Positions 18,916-28,330 of a stretch of DNA of 32,000 nucleotides are shown here, piece after piece. The position numbers and the translations under genes are program-made. The notes under the pieces are model-generated. The model worked only from the letters and a program-made list of their open reading frames with translations. It ran no database searches and was not told where the DNA came from. Every line of letters starts with the position of its first letter. Position 1 is the stretch's first letter. The stretch is taken from the NCBI GenBank assembly GCA_049606355.1, contig JBMYVL010000004.1, forward strand, positions 30,001-62,000, written 5' to 3'. This DNA comes from Opitutales bacterium (GTDB lineage: Bacteria; Verrucomicrobiota; Verrucomicrobiia; Opitutales; Coraliomargaritaceae).

Positions 18916-19602
18916 CTAGTCTAGCTCGCGACCTGGTCGACGCCGACACTCTGTGCGGCAGTCGCTCATAACGCGAATCCATAATTCACGCAGATCGAAT
19001 AATCGAATGCGTATTTCTTGACGAAAGGCTGCTAAATAGTCCGCATCTGCATGCTGTAATTGATCCAGCACAGCCAAAGTCTGGTTGAGCGCACTCAGGC
19101 TGTTTTTTAAATGACAAATGGTGAGGCCAAAATCGCCCAAGTCGAGCGCTTGAACGGAGAGCAAGGCGTTGATTTCACCTTGCTGTAAGGACTGAGCATA
19201 CTTCCAGCAAATAAGTGGGGAAACCGCGGATGAATCATTGGCTAGATAATGCTCCCAGCTCTGCTGCAGATAGCGGTATAACGCTCGTGTGACGACAATG
19301 ACTGGATGCTTGTGGAGCGTGTAGGGGGCAGTCTCGTTGTCGTCGAGATTTGCATCCTCATCGGTATCAACAGTATTGAACTCATCCGTTAAAGAAATGT
19401 CCTCAGAGTCCCAACCCATCTGAGTTGCCACCTCATCGAGATGATTGGGTTTATCTTTGAGACTGTTGTAGATCGAAAGAAAGCGAGCGGTTTCTCGATC
19501 GGAGGTCTTAAGGTAGCTTCGCCACTGCGATTCGCCCCATGAAGAGCCTTGAGAGAAGTCCTCCCAATTGCCCTCGGAATGATCAAAATTTGGTTCGTTC
19601 AT
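18916..19602 (-). CDS. Hypothetical acidic, Trp-rich cytoplasmic protein
   Basis: This 228-aa ORF stops 12 nt upstream of the sigma-like gene. The N-terminus is EGNWEDFSQGSSWGESQWRSYLK, followed by an acidic linker (DTDEDANLDDNE) and a helical C-terminal half. I recognise no family. Confidence 0.7.
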   Translation of the reverse strand: MNEPNFDHSEGNWEDFSQGSSWGESQWRSYLKTSDRETARFLSIYNSLKDKPNHLDEVATQMGWDSEDISLTDEFNTVDTDEDANLDDNETAPYTLHKHPVIVVTRALYRYLQQSWEHYLANDSSAVSPLICWKYAQSLQQGEINALLSVQALDLGDFGLTICHLKNSLSALNQTLAVLDQLQHADADYLAAFRQEIRIRLFDLRELWIRVMSDCRTECRRRPGRELD

Positions 19603-19631
19603 TTGAGATTTAGTAACCTCGTTGAAGCATT

Positions 19632-19649
19632 AAGCTGAGCGGTCAGCTT
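19632..19649. repeat. Palindrome AAGCTGA-GCGG-TCAGCTT in a divergent promoter region; function unknown
   Basis: Perfect 7-bp arms lie 30 nt upstream of the ATG (19602) of the acidic-protein/sigma-like operon and ~170 nt upstream of acyP. Confidence 0.4.
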
Positions 19650-19818
19650 TAAAAAATCAATCACGATTTCGGCGGAGGCGGTATTTAATTGATGAAGTCT
19701 TTCAGATGCACGACCGACATGCCGTATTAGAGCCATTGCGCTAAAAAAAAATCATTTGGGGCGGTGGCTACTTTTGTTTTGCAGCAATTCCCGGGCAGCT
19801 CATGGTGGTGAATTGCGT

Positions 19819-20097
19819 ATGAGTGATAGTGTCTACAGTATTAATTGCTGGTTTGAAGGTCATGTGCAAGGTGTCGGCTTCCGCTATCAAACCCTTGCCA
19901 TTGCGAAGGGCTACGAGGTCTCAGGGACGGTGTGTAACTTGTTAGATGGGCGGGTCCACCTGCACGCGGAAGGCGACGAAGCCGAAGTAATCGCGTTTCA
20001 GCGTGAATTGGAAAGTGAGCTGGCTAGTTTCATACGACGCGTTGAAGTGAAGACGGCAACTGGACCGCGAGAGTATCAAGGCTTTTCGATTACATAA
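19819..20097 (+). CDS. acyP: Acylphosphatase
   Basis: FEGHVQGVGFRYQT...GTVCNLLDGRVHLHAEGDE is the canonical acylphosphatase signature. Length is 92 aa from ATG 19819. Confidence 0.88.
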   Translation: MSDSVYSINCWFEGHVQGVGFRYQTLAIAKGYEVSGTVCNLLDGRVHLHAEGDEAEVIAFQRELESELASFIRRVEVKTATGPREYQGFSIT

Positions 20098-20102
20098 GCT
20101 AG

Positions 20103-20969
20103 ATGGGCGCTCCAGCGATACAGATCGAAGGTGTCACTAAGGATTTTTCAGTTGGCTTCAGGGGCTTAAAGCTCCGAGCGGTGGACGACTTGAACCTAGA
20201 GGTCGGCACGAACGAGATTTTTGGTCTGTTGGGTCCCAATGGAAGCGGTAAGAGTACCACGATTAAAATTGTACTTGGGTTGTTGAAAGCGTCCAAGGGG
20301 ATGTGCCGCATCTTCGGTTTGCCCAGTCAGAGTGTGAGCGCACGCCGCAGTGTTGGCTATCTACCAGAAGCGCCGAGCCTATATCCTTATTTGACTGGAT
20401 CCGAGCTGGTTGCTTATTACGCGCGTCTGTGTGGAGTATTGCCCGCGGATTTAAGCACACGCGTGGAATCGACGATTGAGTTAGTCGACATGAAGGGGGC
20501 CAGTCATCGCCGTGTGGGTACTTACTCGAAGGGGATGCTGCAAAGAATAGGTTTGGCGCAGGCGCTGGTACATGACCCGCAATTAGTTGTTTTAGATGAG
20601 CCTACCGCTGGAGTCGATCCGATGGGCACGGCGGTGATCGCTGAAATTATTCGTGAATTAAAGTCGCGTGGAAAAACCATACTGATTTGTTCACACTTAT
20701 TGGCTCAAATTGAAGACTTATGCGACCGACTGGCGATTCTCCATCGTGGTCAATTGATCCGCTCTGGACGGGTATCTAGCTTGTTGCAGGATTCCAATAC
20801 GCAATCATTCGTTGTCGAGCAGCTCAGTCCTCAAGGTCGGCTTGCCGTTGAAAAAACGATCCGCGAACAGGGAGCAACGCTCTGCCGTGTGGAGAGACCA
20901 CGGCAAAGTTTAGATTCACTCTTTATAAACGAAGTGGATGTCTGTGAATCCACGCACCAAAATCAATAA
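20103..20969 (+). CDS. ABC transporter ATP-binding protein (ABC-2/CcmA-type exporter family)
   Basis: Walker A GPNGSGKST, signature YSKGMLQRIGLA, Walker B LVVLDEPTAGVDP and H-loop CSHL are present. Confidence 0.92.
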   Translation: MGAPAIQIEGVTKDFSVGFRGLKLRAVDDLNLEVGTNEIFGLLGPNGSGKSTTIKIVLGLLKASKGMCRIFGLPSQSVSARRSVGYLPEAPSLYPYLTGSELVAYYARLCGVLPADLSTRVESTIELVDMKGASHRRVGTYSKGMLQRIGLAQALVHDPQLVVLDEPTAGVDPMGTAVIAEIIRELKSRGKTILICSHLLAQIEDLCDRLAILHRGQLIRSGRVSSLLQDSNTQSFVVEQLSPQGRLAVEKTIREQGATLCRVERPRQSLDSLFINEVDVCESTHQNQ

Positions 20970-20983
20970 AAGGCCGAGGTTCA

Positions 20984-21817
20984 ATGCGAGCATCGCTTCA
21001 ACGTATCCGTCTGATCGCAGCAAATACCTATCAAGAAGGCGTACGGCAGAAATTCTTCCAAGTCGTGTTCTTTGTTTCGGTCGGCTTACTTCTAAGCGCT
21101 AATTTTTTTCAGCAATTTGATTTTGGAACGAGTGAATTAAAGTTTATCTTAGACTTCGGCTTTGGGGCCGTGTTCTTCTTGGGGTCCTTTCTAGCAATCG
21201 CCGTCATGGCTCAACTTTTTTTTAATGAAATTGAGCATCGTACAGTACTAACGCTACTCGCCAAACCGGTCTACAAGGTCGAATACCTACTTGGTAAGTT
21301 TGTGGGTGCTCAGTTACTCATGCTAACGTTCGTACTGGTGGTTTCACTGCTGCTGTTAGCGATGCTTCACTGGCGCGCATCCGTATTGACGGCGGCTGCA
21401 CGCGATTCCCTAGAGTCGGTTGGTGTGCTGCGCTACGGAGACATCTTTGTATACACTGGTTTGCAGTGGGTTCGGTTCTGTGTGATCGGAGCGTTTACGC
21501 TTCTGATTGGGAGTTTTTCGAATTCAAACCTCTATACTCTGGCCACTGCACTCTGCGTGCTGACCATCTGCCAATTGCAGTATCTTATTCGTAGAGTTGG
21601 TGATGACGTGGCGATGGGTCCTGCACAAATAGTCGCACAATCTGTGGCTTGGTTGTTTCCGAACTTCCAGATTTTTAATGTCGGCGATCAATTGGTTTTA
21701 GGTCCTCAATCGGGTTTAGCGCCTCTTGTAGTCCTGCAAATAAGCGGCTACGGCTTAATCTACACCATTGCCTACACCTTGCTTGCTTACCTGATCTTTA
21801 GGCAGCGTGAAATTTAG
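20984..21817 (+). CDS. ABC-2 family transporter permease
   Basis: There are about six hydrophobic helices. The N-terminus RLIAANTYQEGVRQKFF is typical of ABC-2 (NosY/GldF-like) permeases. It lies 14 nt downstream of the ATPase gene. Confidence 0.78.
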   Translation: MRASLQRIRLIAANTYQEGVRQKFFQVVFFVSVGLLLSANFFQQFDFGTSELKFILDFGFGAVFFLGSFLAIAVMAQLFFNEIEHRTVLTLLAKPVYKVEYLLGKFVGAQLLMLTFVLVVSLLLLAMLHWRASVLTAAARDSLESVGVLRYGDIFVYTGLQWVRFCVIGAFTLLIGSFSNSNLYTLATALCVLTICQLQYLIRRVGDDVAMGPAQIVAQSVAWLFPNFQIFNVGDQLVLGPQSGLAPLVVLQISGYGLIYTIAYTLLAYLIFRQREI

Positions 21818-21825
21818 GGGGAATT

Positions 21826-22656
21826 ATGCTTAGGGCATTCGTTCGCCATCCGCTTATCGACAGGTTTGTCGTGCTTCTTGTCGCCTTCCTTGTTCTGTCG
21901 TGTGCCGCCTTTGTAGCTCGTCCTTTAGAGCGAGGCATGTGGGAAGCCGTGCAGCAAGAACAGGTCGAAATGGATTTTCAAGCCATTGAAGCGACCCTAG
22001 GCGAGGGCTTAGCGATCAGCATTCTAGGTGGCTTTCGAGTGATCTTGGCAGATTTAGTCTGGTTGCGACTGAACGCCGTTTGGGAAGATCAAGAGTGGGC
22101 AAAGTTATCAGCGATGATCCGCCTAGTTACCATACTAGACCCACAGACTGAGTTTTTCTGGATTAATTCAGCGCGAATGATCGCGTATGATGTGCCTTCG
22201 TGGCGTATTCGTTCAGCAGGTGCGGATGCGCCGCTTAGCAAAAGTCAGCGAGCGACAATTAATCTGCAGCAGGCGGAAGAGGCTTTCATCTTGTTACATC
22301 GAGCCTTGGAGTTTCATCCTGATAGTGCGCGGCTGCCTATCGAAATCGCGCAGATCTATATGAATCGACTCAAGGATGATGCGCAGGCTGCGAAGTGGTT
22401 CTTGAAGGCCTCGCAATTGCCAAATGTGCCTGAATTTACGCACCTTATTTATGCGGAATTGCTTTGCCGCCAAGGAAAAGAGATTGAAGCTTATCAATAT
22501 TTGACTCACCTGTATCGCAGTTTGAAAAGTCGATCGACCTCGCAGCAAGCATTGATCCTTGCGCGGATTCGTCACCTAGAGGAGCAACTCGCTATTGATT
22601 TAGTAGAATGTTTTCAGCCTCCCTATTATTCATTAGTGGAGGAGATGGGCCAATGA
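21826..22656 (+). CDS. Membrane-anchored helical-repeat (TPR-like) protein, probable third component of the ABC-2 operon
   Basis: An N-terminal TM helix FVVLLVAFLVLSCAAFV is followed by helical repeats (AEEAFILLHRALEFHPDS, IEIAQIYMNRLKDDAQAAKWFLKA, EAYQYLTHLYRSL). It lies 8 nt after the permease stop, with a GGGGGA SD-like motif. Confidence 0.65.
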   Translation: MLRAFVRHPLIDRFVVLLVAFLVLSCAAFVARPLERGMWEAVQQEQVEMDFQAIEATLGEGLAISILGGFRVILADLVWLRLNAVWEDQEWAKLSAMIRLVTILDPQTEFFWINSARMIAYDVPSWRIRSAGADAPLSKSQRATINLQQAEEAFILLHRALEFHPDSARLPIEIAQIYMNRLKDDAQAAKWFLKASQLPNVPEFTHLIYAELLCRQGKEIEAYQYLTHLYRSLKSRSTSQQALILARIRHLEEQLAIDLVECFQPPYYSLVEEMGQ

Positions 22657-22696
22657 GCAGCAATCGGATGTGGAATCGTGTAATGTAATTGTACTG

Positions 22697-23533
22697 ATGA
22701 TGACGAGAAGCCGACAGGCACAAGCACGCTACAACACGGAATTAAAGCATCGCATCAATGCCGGGCGCATTGCCGTGCGTGATCAGATTGCGTTTTTTGA
22801 GCGACAATTTGGCCAAGTGGCTAGCGAGTGGAAGGAGGACGCCACTCGAGTGACCTTCGCAGATTTCGCGATATCAGAGAAAATTTTTGCGCAGTTACGC
22901 CGAGATTTTTCAAAAGATGATTATTGTAGCGAGGAAGCGAACCCGCTCGATGAAGTGATGGAGCTACAAGCCGACTTTACATGGGTGGTCGATCCCATCG
23001 ACGGTACGAATAATTACGCTCTCGGCTTCCCTGTTTGTGCGATTTCTCTGGCGTTACTGTATGCCGGTAAACCCGTTTATGGATTTATATATGACCACAG
23101 TACAGGTGCCCTCTTCGAAGGAGGTGAGGGGTATGGTATTCGCCGTAACCGTAAGAAAATAACCCGAGAGCAGATCGCTGCGGATGCTCAAGTTATGGTG
23201 GGCTTACATTTCCCCATGACTGGTGCCCAGTTGGATTGTATAAAACCGATACTACAACAGTATCGATGTCGCAGTATCGGCAGTGGAGCTTTGACCGCGA
23301 CCTATGTTGCCACAGGCTATTTGAGCGGATCGGTTGATTTCCGCGTAAAGGTTTGGGATATAGCTGCCGCTTATGCGCTTTGCGCGGGCGCGGGTGTCAG
23401 CTTCCAGTTTTTGAACACGTCGCCGTTTCCGCTAAAGCGATTTCACCCGCAAATGGATTTTTGTCCCTACCTAGCTGGTACGGACAACTTTTGTGCCGAA
23501 CTGCGCGCGCTGCTCGGTTCCGAAGAGGACTAA
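22697..23533 (+). CDS. Inositol monophosphatase family protein (SuhB/CysQ-like)
   Basis: The metal-binding motifs SEEANP and [12 protein letters not shown], plus [12 protein letters not shown], are present. Confidence 0.88.
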   Translation: MMTRSRQAQARYNTELKHRINAGRIAVRDQIAFFERQFGQVASEWKEDATRVTFADFAISEKIFAQLRRDFSKDDYCSEEANPLDEVMELQADFTWVVDPIDGTNNYALGFPVCAISLALLYAGKPVYGFIYDHSTGALFEGGEGYGIRRNRKKITREQIAADAQVMVGLHFPMTGAQLDCIKPILQQYRCRSIGSGALTATYVATGYLSGSVDFRVKVWDIAAAYALCAGAGVSFQFLNTSPFPLKRFHPQMDFCPYLAGTDNFCAELRALLGSEED

Positions 23534-23826
23534 CTGTCCGTAGGCTTTTCCGATTCGGTTTTTTCGGCCACCGGCGCTTCCGATGGACTGGTTTCAACCG
23601 ACTGGCTCGGCTGTTGTGCGGGAGGCGTCGGCGACTCATCCATCGCGGTGCGAATATCATCCTCGATCTCAGAGGTGGCTTTTTTAAATTCGCGAATGGA
23701 TTTTCCAAATGAGCGAAACAGCTCGGGGAGACGTTTGGCACCAAAAAGTAGCAGCACGACCAGGAAGATCAGAATGAGTTCGGGAGCGCGCAGGTTTTGC
23801 AAAAAGGCTAACGTTGTGGCATTCAT
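23530..23826 (-). CDS. tatA: Twin-arginine translocase subunit TatA/E
   Basis: [35 protein letters not shown] is the canonical TatA TM helix plus amphipathic helix. The tail is acidic and Pro-rich. Confidence 0.9.
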   Translation of the reverse strand: MNATTLAFLQNLRAPELILIFLVVLLLFGAKRLPELFRSFGKSIREFKKATSEIEDDIRTAMDESPTPPAQQPSQSVETSPSEAPVAEKTESEKPTDS

Positions 23827-23846
23827 AATAGTAAATCGTTGGTAAG

Positions 23847-24245
23847 CTACAGGTTTTCAGTTGCAGCGTCACGATATATTTTTGCGAGTTCGTCGCTCTT
23901 CTCTGGAGAGGCCCGTTCCACAGAATCGTTGATTTGTGGACTCCCGTCGAGCATGTCAGCCGTTTTTAAACTTCCACTGGTACTGGGTATACCCTTGAGG
24001 ATAGCAGTTTGCTCGCCTAAGGCATTCTTCGAAATTAAGAAGCTGTCGCCAAGGTCCTCTCCAAATCGTATTGTAGCGATCCGCTCATTGTAATCAGCGT
24101 GGACGATCTGGGCAGCACTTTTTGGCGCGCTTACCTCGGCTTCGTTGGCTTCAGACGTACTTCTGTTCGAGGTGGTGCATCCGCTGAGGCTGAAATAGAC
24201 AACAGCGAGAAGGCAGCTGAGGAATCGAGTTGGGGTGTAGGTCAT
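23847..24245 (-). CDS. Small lipoprotein, unknown function
   Basis: The signal peptide with lipobox is [12 protein letters not shown]. The gene lies between rpoD and tatA on the same strand. Confidence 0.7.
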   Translation of the reverse strand: MTYTPTRFLSCLLAVVYFSLSGCTTSNRSTSEANEAEVSAPKSAAQIVHADYNERIATIRFGEDLGDSFLISKNALGEQTAILKGIPSTSGSLKTADMLDGSPQINDSVERASPEKSDELAKIYRDAATENL

Positions 24246-24288
24246 TTTGTATGTAAATTTGAATAATTAAGGGCAGGATAGGGGGAGC

Positions 24289-26442
24289 TTAGTCCTTCCC
24301 CATCTCTCGCTTGAGTGCCTCCATGCCAGGCTTTTCAATATTGATGTCACCCTCAAAGAAACCATGCAACTGACGTATCCGAGTCGGGTGGCGCATCTTA
24401 CGCAGCGCCTTTGCTTCAATCTGGCGGATGCGCTCACGAGTCACCTTGAACTGGCGGCCCACCTCCTCGAGTGTGCGTGAATAGCCATCGGCTAAACCGA
24501 AGCGCAAGGAAAGCACTTTACGTTCGCGGTCAGTCAAGCTGTCGAGAACGTCCGTGATTTTTTCACGCAGGAGACTGTAGGCAGTCATATCGTAGGGGTT
24601 TTCGGCACCCTTGTCTTCAATGAAGTCACCAAAATTAGTGTCATCTGAATCCCCCACTGGGCTTTGTAGCGAGATCGGTTGCTGCGCCATTTTCATGATG
24701 GATTGCACCCGCTCGATCGGAAGGTTCATTTCATCCGCTACTTCCTCGGCAGTCGGCTCATGGCCGAGTTCCTGCAGTAGTTGCTTTTGTACCTGCATGA
24801 CCTTGTTTAAGGTCTCGATCATATGTACTGGTATTCGAATTGTGCGGGCCTGGTCGGCAATCGATCGGGTGATTGCTTGCCGTATCCACCATGTCGCGTA
24901 GGTTGAAAATTTGTACCCGCGGCGGTATTCAAATTTCTCTACTGCTTTCATGAGCCCCATGTTACCTTCCTGAATGAGGTCGAGGAAAGAGAGTCCGCGA
25001 TTGGTGTATTTCTTGGCAATGGAAATGACGAGGCGGAGATTGGCTTCGACCATTTCAGTCTTGGCCTTGTGCGCTTCGCGCATACCGATGCGAACTTCGC
25101 GTATGAGTTCAAGTAGCTCTTTGGAGTCAATTTTGAATTCCAACTTGATGTGCTCGAGGCGTTTCTCGATGGCCGCAACATTTACTTTTTTGCGCCGACG
25201 TGCCGAGACCTTGTCAGCTGTTTCAAGATCATCGTAAAGGTCTTTGAGTTCACGATAGGTTGGCGTGAGGTCCTTGAGGAAGTCTTCAAAAACCTTAAGT
25301 TTGAGACAATACTTGCGCAGGACGAGGCGTAACTCGCCCTCGTATTTTTTCATGCGTGTGCGTGCTCGCTTGCGGTTACTCTCGTTGCCTGCTGTTGCGG
25401 ATTCGAGTTGGCTGTCCCAAGCGGCATAGATGCGCTCACCGAGTTTGTGGGCCTGTTCCAAGAGTTTTGGCAAGCTGTTGAAGTAGGCTTCACGACTTTC
25501 AATTTTTTTATCGAGGACGACGCGGTCAAAGCGCTCTTCTCGGTTGAGAAGTTTTTGAACGATATTGTTCTGAAATTCGAGCGTTAGGGTCGTTGAAAAT
25601 AAGGCGTCTTGGGCACGTAATTCAGCTTTTTCGATACGTTTTGAAATAGCCACTTCCTCCTCGCGTGTGAGCAAAGGCACTTGACCCATTTGCTTGAGGT
25701 ACATCCGTACTGGGTCATCGAGTATGTCGTTTTGCGAGGTGCGGACTTCTTTTTCTTCGGTCTCCTCTTGGCGGGCTTTGAAGGCCTCCACCTCGCTGTC
25801 ATCTAAAATTTCAACCTCCAGATTTTGTAGGATGGAGATGACATTTTCGATTTCGTCCGGATTGCTAACGCTCTCAGGCAAAGCCTTGTTAATATCCTTG
25901 TAGGTCAGAAATCCTTGTTCTTTCGAAAGTCGGATCAGCACACGGATGCGCTCATTGAGCTTTTCCTGAGCTTTGGCGGAAAGGCGTCGTTTTTTGGGGG
26001 CAACGGCAACGGCTATTTCGGCTTCGATCTTCGCTTCAGCAGACTGCTTCTTGGGAGCGACCTTTTTCGCTGTCTTTTTGGCAGCCGTCGTTTTCTTTGT
26101 AGCTTTTTTAGGTGCCGCCTTTGTTGCGACTTTGGTCGCTTTCTTGGCTACCTTTTTGGTCGGGGTTGCTTTTTTTACTGCAACTTTCTTGGCAGCGGCT
26201 TTGGAGACTGGAGCTTTCTTCTTGGCAGCCGCCTTCTTGGTTGCCGCCGCCTTCTTGGTTGCCGCCGCCTTCTTGGTTGCCGCCGCCTTTGGAGTCGCTG
26301 CTTTTTTAGCCGATGTCTTCTTAGTTCCGGCTTTGGAGGTCAGCGCTTTCTTTTTGACAGCCGTCTTCTTCGACGTGGCTTTCTTGGCGGTCGTCTTTTT
26401 CGTGGCAGTTTTTTTGGCAGTTTTCTTTTTCGCGGCAGGCAT
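24289..26442 (-). CDS. rpoD: Primary RNA polymerase sigma-70 factor RpoD with a ~133-aa Lys/Ala/Thr-rich N-terminal extension
   Basis: Region 2 is [61 protein letters not shown]. Region 3 is IRIPVHMIE. Region 4 is [15 protein letters not shown]...[30 protein letters not shown]. It lies immediately downstream of dnaG. Confidence 0.97.
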   Translation of the reverse strand: MPAAKKKTAKKTATKKTTAKKATSKKTAVKKKALTSKAGTKKTSAKKAATPKAAATKKAAATKKAAATKKAAAKKKAPVSKAAAKKVAVKKATPTKKVAKKATKVATKAAPKKATKKTTAAKKTAKKVAPKKQSAEAKIEAEIAVAVAPKKRRLSAKAQEKLNERIRVLIRLSKEQGFLTYKDINKALPESVSNPDEIENVISILQNLEVEILDDSEVEAFKARQEETEEKEVRTSQNDILDDPVRMYLKQMGQVPLLTREEEVAISKRIEKAELRAQDALFSTTLTLEFQNNIVQKLLNREERFDRVVLDKKIESREAYFNSLPKLLEQAHKLGERIYAAWDSQLESATAGNESNRKRARTRMKKYEGELRLVLRKYCLKLKVFEDFLKDLTPTYRELKDLYDDLETADKVSARRRKKVNVAAIEKRLEHIKLEFKIDSKELLELIREVRIGMREAHKAKTEMVEANLRLVISIAKKYTNRGLSFLDLIQEGNMGLMKAVEKFEYRRGYKFSTYATWWIRQAITRSIADQARTIRIPVHMIETLNKVMQVQKQLLQELGHEPTAEEVADEMNLPIERVQSIMKMAQQPISLQSPVGDSDDTNFGDFIEDKGAENPYDMTAYSLLREKITDVLDSLTDRERKVLSLRFGLADGYSRTLEEVGRQFKVTRERIRQIEAKALRKMRHPTRIRQLHGFFEGDINIEKPGMEALKREMGKD
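26233..26286 (-). repeat. Three perfect tandem copies of an 18-bp unit (plus strand CTTCTTGGTTGCCGCCGC) encoding (KKAAAT)n inside rpoD
   Basis: Read directly: copies lie at 26233-26250, 26251-26268 and 26269-26286. A degenerate 15-nt copy lies at 26218-26232. Confidence 0.95.
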
Positions 26443-26465
26443 AATAATTGAGATACTAAATGTGT

Positions 26466-28295
26466 CTAAAGTTCTATTTCAATCGGCTGGGTGAGTGCGG
26501 TGCGTAGCTCCTTAACTTGGCGCATCCACTCTATTTGTGTATCGTGAGAGTCAGCGTTTGTGATTTTTTGTTCCAGATCCTGTTTTTCGGCAAGTAGGTG
26601 GTTGCGGTAGAGTGTTTTGAGGCAGGCAATAATGTGTTCTTTCGGAGATTCGACCTCAAGGTCACGTGCGTGAATATCGGCAAGTAGTTGGCGGTCGTCA
26701 GTTGTTTCGATCAGGCTCTCTAGACTGGCGGTATCCTTAATTAAACCTTCCCGGAATTCGGCGAGCATGCGCAACAGAAGCCGGCTGGTCGGCGTTTGCG
26801 CTTTAATCCAGTCATAATCAATGATTTCAGAAACTGATGAGCCATGCTCTGGGAAGTGGAAAATCAGCCAAAGTAGCTCCCAAGTTGCTCGTGTCAATAG
26901 CGCGTCTTTTGGCGCATCGGGCAGTGATGCCGCTTCAGCTTGGGGCGTCCTGCGTGACGCGGCTTTTTGATTTTGCTTGAAATCTCTGAGTGCGGCGACT
27001 GGGTCCACATGGATGCGGCGGGCAGCAGACTGTATGTAATCTTCACGAGCGACTTCTGAGCTTATGTGCTGTAATAATTCAAAGACCTTGCGTAGGGCAG
27101 TGGTCTTTTCATGTGTGCTTGGAGCTCGGTCCGTCGGTAGGTATTCAGCAATCGCCAATGAAATACCATCGCTGGCTTGGGCCCGCAGCGGCTCCAGTGC
27201 GTCGGCGCCATGTTGGCGGAGTAAATCATCGGGGTCCGCCTTTTCCGGAAGGAGTAAGAAACGAAAATCAAGCCCCGCCTTAAAGGCGAGTGGGATATAG
27301 CGGAGGGCGGCTTTGCGCCCGGCCGCATCGCCATCGAGCAGGCATTCGACTTGCTTCGGTTCATAGCGTCGTAAAAGCGTGAGTTGGTCGTCGGTGAGTG
27401 CTGTTCCCTGCGGAGCGACTGCTGTATGCAGGCCGACAGACCAGCAACGAATCGCATCGAGTTGGCCTTCGACTAGAAGGAAGCGATCGTTTTCCTTCAG
27501 ATGTGTTCGCGCGTGATCGAGTCCAAATAAGATACGCCCTTTGTGGAAAATGGGTGTTTCCGGGGAGTTGACATACTTTGCCTCGCGCGCGGGGTCGTTT
27601 TCCGGCGTCTGTGCGAGTTGTCTTGCCGTAAAGGCGACGACGCGACCTTGCACATCGCGAATCGGAATCATTAGGCGCCCACGAAAGCGCGATTTGAAAC
27701 GTCGATGGTCGCGCTCATTTTCATAGGCAAAGAAGAGGCCTGAGCGGTGCATAGCCGTGAGCGAGATCTGTCGCTCTTTGCAAAGCAGGGCAAAGGCATC
27801 CATCGAAGCCGGAGCATAGCCGATTTTGTGTTCTTTTGCGACCTCCATGCTGAATCCGCGCTCGTCCGTCCAATAGTGGCGAACTGGTTCGGCTTCGTTG
27901 CTTTGGAGTAGCTGGTGGTGAAACCAGTTCGTCGCGAGCTCGTGGAGCTCAAACAGTTGCTTGCGTAAAGAAACTTCTTCCCGTGAGGGACCCCCTTCTT
28001 CGTATTGCAGGCTAACATTAAATTTTTTTGCGATCCATTCGACCGCCTCGATGAACTCAAGGTTCTCCACCTTCATTACGAAAGTGAACAAGTCGCCGCC
28101 ATCACCGGTGCTGAAGCATTTATAGAAGCCACGGTCCGGGTGTACGTAAAAGGAGGGCGTCTTTTCCTGAGTAAACGGGCTAAGGCCTTTCCAGGAACGT
28201 CCCGCTCGTTTGAGTTGTACGTAGGGCGAGACAACATCCACCAAATTAACTTGGTGTTTAAGTGCTTCGATTGAGCTTTGCGCGACGCGGGGCAC
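26466..28295 (-). CDS. dnaG: DNA primase DnaG (GTG start)
   Basis: The N-terminus IPRV-like/EKTPSF is present. RNA-polymerase core motifs are [21 protein letters not shown] and [26 protein letters not shown] motifs are [10 protein letters not shown] and [12 protein letters not shown]. It lies upstream of rpoD, as in the classical macromolecular-synthesis operon. Confidence 0.95.
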   Translation of the reverse strand: MPRVAQSSIEALKHQVNLVDVVSPYVQLKRAGRSWKGLSPFTQEKTPSFYVHPDRGFYKCFSTGDGGDLFTFVMKVENLEFIEAVEWIAKKFNVSLQYEEGGPSREEVSLRKQLFELHELATNWFHHQLLQSNEAEPVRHYWTDERGFSMEVAKEHKIGYAPASMDAFALLCKERQISLTAMHRSGLFFAYENERDHRRFKSRFRGRLMIPIRDVQGRVVAFTARQLAQTPENDPAREAKYVNSPETPIFHKGRILFGLDHARTHLKENDRFLLVEGQLDAIRCWSVGLHTAVAPQGTALTDDQLTLLRRYEPKQVECLLDGDAAGRKAALRYIPLAFKAGLDFRFLLLPEKADPDDLLRQHGADALEPLRAQASDGISLAIAEYLPTDRAPSTHEKTTALRKVFELLQHISSEVAREDYIQSAARRIHVDPVAALRDFKQNQKAASRRTPQAEAASLPDAPKDALLTRATWELLWLIFHFPEHGSSVSEIIDYDWIKAQTPTSRLLLRMLAEFREGLIKDTASLESLIETTDDRQLLADIHARDLEVESPKEHIIACLKTLYRNHLLAEKQDLEQKITNADSHDTQIEWMRQVKELRTALTQPIEIEL

Positions 28296-28330
28296 TGCTG
28301 CAGTTCGGACTGGAAGTGGTAGGGTGTGCG

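Noticed and set aside
20984-23533. GC content is visibly lower here (by eye) than in the first 8 kb, which raised the possibility of a horizontally acquired island.
   Set aside because: No integrase, transposase, tRNA target or flanking direct repeat is present. The genes are membrane and housekeeping types, and the shift can be explained by hydrophobic-protein codon composition. I could not compute GC, so this remains unquantified.
25915-26494. Two long plus-strand ORFs (178 and 173 aa; Phe/Leu/Gly/Arg- or Ala/Phe/Leu-rich) lie antisense to the 5' end of rpoD.
   Set aside because: They mirror the low-complexity AAG/GCN repeat region that encodes the Lys/Ala tail. Their translated products are pure low-complexity sequence, and the minus-strand frame continues seamlessly into an unmistakable sigma-70. 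I treat them as repeat-induced artefacts.
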